DNA of 40,000 nt from Candidatus Limnocylindrales bacterium (GTDB taxonomy: Bacteria > Acidobacteriota > Terriglobia > Bryobacterales > Bryobacteraceae): the NCBI GenBank assembly GCA_035606355.1, contig DATNFO010000075.1, forward strand, positions 1 to 40,000. The letters are read 5' to 3'. The notes under the pieces are model-generated. The model had not been told where the DNA came from and searched no databases. It saw only the letters and a program-made list of their open reading frames with translations. Positions 8,148-13,688 of the stretch are shown one piece after another. Numbering within the stretch: position 1 is the stretch's first letter; each line of letters starts with the position of its first letter. The position numbers were made by a program, and so were the translations under genes.

Positions 8148-10115
8148 TTAGCTCAAGTAGGGATCGTCGGGAAGAACCACTTGCGGAGCGCGGAACAAAG
8201 AAACCACTGGCCTAGCGATGCCCGTGCGCTTGGCTTCGGCGAGCTCCCGGAGTTTCACGCACTCGCGGTTCAGGTGGAAAGCCTTCATCAGCTTCAGGCC
8301 TTGCGTGCACGCGTATGCATAGTTCCGGCAGTCGAGCGCTTCATTGCGCGCGCTTTCCGAGATCTTTTTCCACGAATAAGTGGGGATCGGCTTCGAATAG
8401 TCGGCCACGCGCCGCTCGGCGAGTAACATTTCGAAGTAATAGAGGTCGCGATCTCCCTTGGGAAAGTGACAGGAGCCCGGCCCGGGCGGATCTTGACGAA
8501 GCCGGGAATACACCACCTCTTTGATCGTGTCCACTCCGATCAGGAACGGCGGCGGTAGTTTGCCTTTTTGCTTCCCGAGCTTTACCGGCCACACAGCGCG
8601 TCCATAGCCGTCTTTACCACGCACGGCCCAGATGTTGCGGCTGCTTCTCTGCGCGCAAAACTCGCGGACGGTTTCCTGGTGATAGGACGCGTCGATGCAG
8701 GCGCCTTTCAGCGCGAGATCAATATTTAACTCGCTCAGCCACGTGCCGGAAAGCCAAGCGTCGAGTTCCTTCCAGACAGGTTTATCGACACCACTAGTGT
8801 CGCCCAAGAACACTTTATACTCGATGGACCACGACTCTTCGTCGGGACCCCAACCGACTAACTCGGCTTCGATGCGGTTCCCCTGGATATCGACGCCGGC
8901 CGTGAGCACGCCGACTTGCGCCGGAATCGTCGGCCCGTACGCTTCACACCGCGTGAGCAACGTAGCCGCATCAGCTTGCGCCTCTGCCGGATCTTCCCAG
9001 GCTTCGCCGAGTTTCAAGTTGACGAACGTTTTCTTGGCGATCGGCTTATCGTGCACCAACTCGTATTGCGCCGCGAGATTCGCCCAGGAGCTTTCCGGCC
9101 ACCCGTACGGATAAATCAGGGCGTTCATGTGATACGAGCGAATCTTGCCGCCTCCGTTACCTGGAGCCGAAGGCTGCCACTCGCCGTGCAACAGCGCTTC
9201 GGTTTTCTGCCATTCCGCGAACCTACCGACGCACCGCTCGCACTCGTACAACACCGTTGAGGGCTGGCCCTTATCCCAACGCAAGCCACCGGGTTGGCCG
9301 GTCTTTACGCGATCGGCACCGAGGATCAATGGTTGCTTGTGTCCGCAGAGAGGGCACGGCACACAAAACTGATTTTGATCGCCCGCAAGATACCAGCGAT
9401 CGATGTTCGACCGGCCCTTCAGCGTAGGCGTGGAACACAGGCCGATCTTGCGATTCGCGAACGTGCCGGTACGCTGAATGAGCAGATCCAGCGGGTTGCC
9501 CTCTTTGTCGAGATCTTCGGGATAGCCGTCGATCTCATCGGCGATGATAAACCGGCTCGGGTACGAGCGCAGGTCCGGCCCCGAGTTCGCGCCGGCAAAG
9601 ACGAGCGAGTCCCTGCCTTCGCCGAATTCCTTGAGCTGCGTCGTATTCGACGCGTCGCGGCTTCGCGGCTCGGCGACGATCGCCCTCAGCACCGGGGTGA
9701 CATCCACCATGCGGTCGAACCGCGTGCGGACGAATTTTTTTGCACTGCCGATTGTCGGCAGCACCATCATGGTGCTATCCGGATGCTGATGCATCCAGCA
9801 TCCGAGGGCGTTGAGCAAAATCTCCGTGCCGGCGCCCTGCGCAGCTTTTTTGATGGCGACGATTTCGCACGGGTCCGACGGGGTAAGCCGGTCCATGATT
9901 TCGCGCGTGTACGGCACCCGTTCGGTTCGCCACTCGCCCGGCCAGGGCGACGGCTTACCCACCACGCGGTAGGCGTCCGCCCATTCAGAGACGGTGATTT
10001 CCGGCTCAGGGCGAAGCCCGGCGCAGAAAGCGCTAGCTACCAGTGCCGCTGCTACACTCGACACTTTCCACCAGGGCTTTCTGCTGCGCTTCGATTTCGC
10101 GAATAATGCGTTCAT
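8148..10115 (-). CDS. Terminase large subunit, GpA family
   Basis: 655 aa. LRPEPEITVSEWADAYRVV, CPLCGHKQ...LYECERC, KKTFVNLKLGEAWEDP, LTAGVDIQGNRIEAELVGWGPDEESW and ARNEALDCRNYAYA each parallel lambda gpA segments recalled from memory. Confidence 0.95.
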   Translation of the reverse strand: MNALFAKSKRSRKPWWKVSSVAAALVASAFCAGLRPEPEITVSEWADAYRVVGKPSPWPGEWRTERVPYTREIMDRLTPSDPCEIVAIKKAAQGAGTEILLNALGCWMHQHPDSTMMVLPTIGSAKKFVRTRFDRMVDVTPVLRAIVAEPRSRDASNTTQLKEFGEGRDSLVFAGANSGPDLRSYPSRFIIADEIDGYPEDLDKEGNPLDLLIQRTGTFANRKIGLCSTPTLKGRSNIDRWYLAGDQNQFCVPCPLCGHKQPLILGADRVKTGQPGGLRWDKGQPSTVLYECERCVGRFAEWQKTEALLHGEWQPSAPGNGGGKIRSYHMNALIYPYGWPESSWANLAAQYELVHDKPIAKKTFVNLKLGEAWEDPAEAQADAATLLTRCEAYGPTIPAQVGVLTAGVDIQGNRIEAELVGWGPDEESWSIEYKVFLGDTSGVDKPVWKELDAWLSGTWLSELNIDLALKGACIDASYHQETVREFCAQRSSRNIWAVRGKDGYGRAVWPVKLGKQKGKLPPPFLIGVDTIKEVVYSRLRQDPPGPGSCHFPKGDRDLYYFEMLLAERRVADYSKPIPTYSWKKISESARNEALDCRNYAYACTQGLKLMKAFHLNRECVKLRELAEAKRTGIARPVVSLFRAPQVVLPDDPYLS

Positions 10116-10776
10116 CGTGCTGCCTGAGAATCTGACTGACCCGCATTTCGATTTCTTTCACATCGGTGAGCCCGGCCACGGCCTGGGCAATCTGAGATGG
10201 CGCCTGCTTGCGCACGCTGGCGCAAATCCTCCCGATCTCCCGGTATGACTTCCGGGCTTCGTCGGTTCGGATCGAAAGCCCGCGCTCTTGCTCCCACTTG
10301 GCCTGCTCGCGCCACGTCGTGATCCAAGCCATCCGCCGGCGAGCTTCCGCGAAGCTTTCTCCGTCGATGACTTCCCCACCCGCCGAAGGCCATTGCTCGT
10401 TTCGCGGCGGAGGTACCGGCCAGCCGTCCCAGTCGGGGGCTGGCGGCCGGCCATTCGTTCCCGGGGCCGACAGCGGCGTCAAAGCCAGCGGCGCTCGAGG
10501 GCCGCCCGTCGTGGCGTCCGTCGACACCAGAGCCGGCGACGCTGCAGGCGGCAACACTTCCGGGTTGAGCAGAGGCGGCGGCGGCGGCACCGGCGCTGCC
10601 GCTTCCTGCCGTTGCTTCGCCGGGTCCGAGTTCGCCGCCCAGGCCTTGTCGGCTTCCTCGGAGTCGATCCGGCTGTCTTCCGTCTTCCGGATGCGTCCGC
10701 TGGCGATGGCTTTCTGCACGGCGGCGAGCGAGCAGCCGCGATGGCGCGAGTACTCGCGCAGACCCATCACCGGCAT
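10033..10776 (-). CDS. Terminase small subunit (Nu1-like HTH N-terminus, proline-rich linker)
   Basis: 247 aa. N-terminal LREYSRHRGCSLAAVQKAIASGRI is HTH-like. Sits directly upstream of TerL and overlaps its start by 83 nt. Helical C-terminus as in Nu1. Confidence 0.65.
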   Translation of the reverse strand: MPVMGLREYSRHRGCSLAAVQKAIASGRIRKTEDSRIDSEEADKAWAANSDPAKQRQEAAAPVPPPPPLLNPEVLPPAASPALVSTDATTGGPRAPLALTPLSAPGTNGRPPAPDWDGWPVPPPRNEQWPSAGGEVIDGESFAEARRRMAWITTWREQAKWEQERGLSIRTDEARKSYREIGRICASVRKQAPSQIAQAVAGLTDVKEIEMRVSQILRQHDERIIREIEAQQKALVESVECSSGTGS

Positions 10777-10778
10777 GA

Positions 10779-10829
10779 CTGACCACCGACAACCGCATAG
10801 TATTTAAGCTGACCACCCACCGACAACCG
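10779..10829. repeat. Two direct repeats CTGACCAC(CCAC)CGACAACCG directly upstream of the TerS start
   Basis: 10779-10795 and 10809-10829 are identical except for a 4-nt CCAC insertion in the second copy. The first copy ends 3 nt from the TerS ATG (10776). Confidence 0.6.
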
Positions 10830-10940
10830 ACCCACAAACGCTGTGCTGACATCAATTTACCTGCGCGCGCCAAAACCGCCCGAAAGGACCCGCGCTCTTA
10901 ACCGAAACCTCCCCGTTAAGTGCACACGCATGCACGGTTG

Positions 10941-11318
10941 TCATCCGATCAGCGCCTTCCACACGGCCTTGCCGAGCAGGGTAAGACCCGAGCCGATCGC
11001 CAGCATCACGACTGGCCGAACCCACTGCGCCCAGCGTGCCGAGGTGCGCGCCGCACTTTCCCGGGCCGCTTTCCGGGCGGCGGACTCGGCTTCGAGGTTG
11101 GCCACTCGGGCGCCCAGGTCCGCTACCTGCGCCATCGCCGGGTTGGCCTTGAGAGCGGCCAAATCCCGGCTGGCCTCATCCATGCTTTTCCACAACTTCG
11201 CGACGCTACTGGTCTGCCGGTCAACATTCTGCGCCAGGCCTTCGACCGTGGCGATGAGCTTGCCAAGCTGCCCTGTAACTTCTAGCTGCCAAGTGTGCAG
11301 CGATTCCAGATCGGACAT
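10941..11318 (-). CDS. Coiled-coil protein with C-terminal transmembrane helix (DUF1515-like as I recall that family)
   Basis: Start set at the internal ATG 11318 (MSDLESLHTWQLE...), 8 nt after the upstream stop. Heptad-like Leu/Ala/Glu region, then WVRPVVMLAIGSGLTLLGKAVW. Confidence 0.5.
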   Translation of the reverse strand: MSDLESLHTWQLEVTGQLGKLIATVEGLAQNVDRQTSSVAKLWKSMDEASRDLAALKANPAMAQVADLGARVANLEAESAARKAARESAARTSARWAQWVRPVVMLAIGSGLTLLGKAVWKALIG

Positions 11319-11325
11319 GACCCTG

Positions 11326-11556
11326 TTAGCGCCTTCTGAGCAATGCGAAGAGCCGGGATTCGTCCGTGGCCTCAAAGATCACCCGCATTGCCCGCTTGTC
11401 TTTCCGTCGGATGACTAGCTTGCCGCCTTCCGCAGAATCGATTAGTTGAGCCACGCTCATCGTCACGAAGGAATGGAAGCGCTGATTGATATACAGCGGA
11501 ACCTCGCGCCCTTGAAGCATGCCACGTTCGACGGCGAGGTACTTGCCGCCTGTCAC
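11326..11556 (-). CDS. Hypothetical phage protein (76 aa)
   Basis: GTG at 11556 forms a GTGA overlap with the stop of 11553-11918. The alternative track start is 11595. No recognisable motif. Confidence 0.45.
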   Translation of the reverse strand: MTGGKYLAVERGMLQGREVPLYINQRFHSFVTMSVAQLIDSAEGGKLVIRRKDKRAMRVIFEATDESRLFALLRRR

Positions 11557-11918
11557 CGCCCGACCGCTTTCCGGCGAACCAACTTCCCCCCGCAATCGGT
11601 GATTGCCTGGAGAAAGATTGCCTGATCGTCGGGATGGATGCGGCGAAACTGCATCACATGCCCTCGGATGATCTCGCCGTCACGCATTGTTTCAACGCGC
11701 GTGTATCGCTGCCCCATATAGTCAGCGATTCGCGGCATAGACGGCGGCTTAATGGGTTTGCCGGGCGTCGCGTTCTGGATCTCCATTACGCGGCCCTTGC
11801 GAACCTTGCGAACTCGCCATCCGTTGTGAAGCAGCTTCACTGCCTCGGTTGAAGTCACGCTCCGGACGCCGTGCCCGGAACTGTAAACGTAGACAACTGC
11901 CGCTAATTGAATCGTCAT
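11553..11918 (-). CDS. Hypothetical phage protein (121 aa), first gene after the AT-rich junction
   Basis: ATG at 11918 (MTIQLAAVVYVY...). The upstream part of the track ORF reads through non-coding-looking sequence. No recognisable motif. Confidence 0.5.
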   Translation of the reverse strand: MTIQLAAVVYVYSSGHGVRSVTSTEAVKLLHNGWRVRKVRKGRVMEIQNATPGKPIKPPSMPRIADYMGQRYTRVETMRDGEIIRGHVMQFRRIHPDDQAIFLQAITDCGGKLVRRKAVGR

Positions 11919-12099
11919 GAGACATTTGCGGCGAAGTGAAGCCAGCGGTTGGTAGGGTTGACGCTGGTGCGAGGGACGAATCCCCCGCAAAGTGAACGAC
12001 CGGAATTTCAACGGCACCCGGCAGCCTACTACTTAAAGACCCGTTCCGGCCTTTTTACAACCGAAGCGTCGGTAGTTCGGGCTACCGTGCTCCTATTCA

Positions 12100-12129
12100 C
12101 TATTAGCCGATCTCATGAGTGAAAGTCAA
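12100..12129 (-). promoter_or_regulatory. Candidate sigma70-type promoter for the late/packaging operon
   Basis: On the minus strand, TTGACT (12129-12124), an 18-nt spacer, then TAATAG (12105-12100), preceded by an A/T-rich stretch 12131-12160. By-eye match only. Confidence 0.25.
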
Positions 12130-12180
12130 AACATTTTTGTAATTAGTTGTTTTACTCACTCAGATCAAGTTAGGTCCACA

Positions 12181-12203
12181 CTGGACCGCATGTGGACCGC
12201 ATC
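12181..12203. repeat. Outer inverted-repeat arm, left (CTGGACCGCATGTGGACCGCATC)
   Basis: Perfect 23-nt reverse complement of 12477-12499. Contains the tandem TGGACCGCAT unit twice, 11 bp apart. Confidence 0.95.
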
Positions 12204-12236
12204 TTACATGGCTTCTAACTACCTCATTCTAATTGT

Positions 12237-12261
12237 TAGGTCCGGTAGGTCCGTATGGTCC
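12237..12261. repeat. Inner inverted-repeat arm, left (TAGGTCCGGTAGGTCCGTATGGTCC)
   Basis: Reverse complement of 12419-12443 with one mismatch. GGTCC occurs three times at 9-bp spacing. Confidence 0.95.
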
Positions 12262-12418
12262 ATGTTATACGCGCACATATAACAAACATAATTGGTGAAT
12301 GAGGGGAATGTAAGAGCATTTTCGAGCAGGGACTTTCGTCGAGCGAAAAAGGGTAGGGGAAAAACGCCGGGCGAGAAAATGCGCGTGAAATGAAAATCGT
12401 ATATACGCGCGGGCGCAA

Positions 12419-12443
12419 GGACCATACGGACCTAACGGACCTA
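12419..12443. repeat. Inner inverted-repeat arm, right (GGACCATACGGACCTAACGGACCTA)
   Basis: Partner of 12237-12261 (24 of 25 nt match). Confidence 0.95.
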
Positions 12444-12476
12444 TCGCTTATTTTGTTTGACTTACAGCGGGCCTGA

Positions 12477-12499
12477 GATGCGGTCCACATGCGGTCCAG
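12477..12499. repeat. Outer inverted-repeat arm, right (GATGCGGTCCACATGCGGTCCAG)
   Basis: Perfect partner of 12181-12203. It ends 8 nt before the methyltransferase stop codon (12508-12510). Confidence 0.95.
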
Positions 12500-12507
12500 G
12501 CCGGACC

Positions 12508-13476
12508 TTAAGAGGAGGGAATATCTACACGGTCGAGCTTGGGGCTTACGCCCCGCGCGTCATCAGTAGCGGCGGCGGTCGACGACAGCGCCATCAACAA
12601 CGCTTGCCGTTCCAGGCGGTTCATCTTGCCGAGTTTCGCGGTCCACCGACGAGACTTGCGGCGGATGCGCTCCCGATCGCGCTTGTTGTCACCCAGGTAA
12701 CGGTAGTCGTGGAGCTCAATCGGTTCGGCGAAGTTAGCCCAGCAACACTCTGACACCGGCCCGCGCCGGGTTTGCGCCGTGTACTCGATGCGGTGCCAGC
12801 CGGCGAGCTCGCGGTCATAGAGGGTTGAAGCGTAGCCGCTGATCAGCACGCAACAGGGAAGGCGGAGCACGATCCGGAGCAACTCGCGGTGCTGTGTCCC
12901 CGTCATCTCATGCTGGTAGAGGGATAAGTCGCGCCGTGTCGCGTGCAGGTACGGTGGATCGCAGTACACGAGTTCACGGCCGGTCCAGCCATAAGACCGT
13001 AGCCATTCAAGCGCATCCACACATTCAAAACGGAAATCGAGGTCGAATCCGGCGGCGCTGCAGCGATCGCCACAGCCGCCTGGTGTGGCGGCTGTGGCCA
13101 GCAGTCGCTCTGTTCGGCGACGGGATCCGGTGACGCTCGATCGCGCGACGCTCGATGCAGCGACTCTGCCGGCGCAGTCGCCGGGTCTTGCGCCAGGCGC
13201 CGGCGCAGGCCGCGGCGCCCCCATTGCCGGGCTGCCGAACATTTTCAGCATCCCGGCTGGACCGTCCCACGCGGCAATCACGTCCGGATCGATGTCGAGA
13301 CCGATATTCACTCGGGCCGGCCGCTTGCGCAGCATGACAGCACCGCCGCCCAGGAAGGGCTCGATATAGACCTCGTGCGGCGGCATGAGGTTGATGATTT
13401 TCTGATATACTCCCGCGCCGCCCTTGCCGCCCATGTAACCGCCGAGTTGGAAACGCCGGACTTCGTTCGGTCTCAT
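12508..13476 (-). CDS. Orphan DNA N6-adenine methyltransferase, D12 (Dam) class
   Basis: Start set at ATG 13476 (ATGA overlap with the upstream stop). YMGGKGG, EPFLGGGAV (FxGxG) and CDPPY motifs in alpha-group order. No adjacent restriction gene. Confidence 0.8.
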   Translation of the reverse strand: MRPNEVRRFQLGGYMGGKGGAGVYQKIINLMPPHEVYIEPFLGGGAVMLRKRPARVNIGLDIDPDVIAAWDGPAGMLKMFGSPAMGAPRPAPAPGARPGDCAGRVAASSVARSSVTGSRRRTERLLATAATPGGCGDRCSAAGFDLDFRFECVDALEWLRSYGWTGRELVYCDPPYLHATRRDLSLYQHEMTGTQHRELLRIVLRLPCCVLISGYASTLYDRELAGWHRIEYTAQTRRGPVSECCWANFAEPIELHDYRYLGDNKRDRERIRRKSRRWTAKLGKMNRLERQALLMALSSTAAATDDARGVSPKLDRVDIPSS

Positions 13477-13688
13477 GCGCCCAGCACTCGCTTTCCCTCC
13501 GCGGTCACGAGAAAGAAACGGCGTTCGCGCGAATCCAGCCACGTTTCGAGCAAGCCTCGATCGCAAAGCCCCTTGATCTCGCGCAACGGAATTCCTAACA
13601 CCTTCGGGTCGCCTGTTTGCGAGGCATTCCAAACAGCGGCTAACACACTGCGTTCCCTCTGCTCGTCACCGGCAATCTGCGGGCTCAT
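13473..13688 (-). CDS. Hypothetical small phage protein (71 aa)
   Basis: ATGA overlaps at both ends (13685-13688 and 13473-13476). No motif recognised. Confidence 0.55.
   Translation of the reverse strand: MSPQIAGDEQRERSVLAAVWNASQTGDPKVLGIPLREIKGLCDRGLLETWLDSRERRFFLVTAEGKRVLGA

Larger units (their letters stand above)
12171..12510. repeat. Mirror-symmetric iteron-like array: 12 GGWCC motifs in four clusters (nested inverted repeats) around an AT-rich core
   Basis: GGWCC starts at 12173, 12183, 12194 / 12239, 12248, 12257 / 12419, 12428, 12437 / 12482, 12493, 12503. Both inverted-repeat pairs are centred at about 12340. The spacers between outer and inner arms are 33 nt on each side. Confidence 0.9.

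Noticed and set aside
10112-10873. 253-aa alternate-frame minus-strand ORF overlapping the TerS gene
   Set aside because: It has Arg/Ala/Gly-rich shadow-frame composition. The TerS frame has an HTH N-terminus and starts cleanly at 10776.
12219-12490. Track ORFs 12219-12425 (68 aa) and 12236-12490 (84 aa) inside the AT-rich repeat region
   Set aside because: They run through the inverted-repeat arms, lack an SD, and have atypical composition compared with all neighbouring genes. The region is treated as non-coding.
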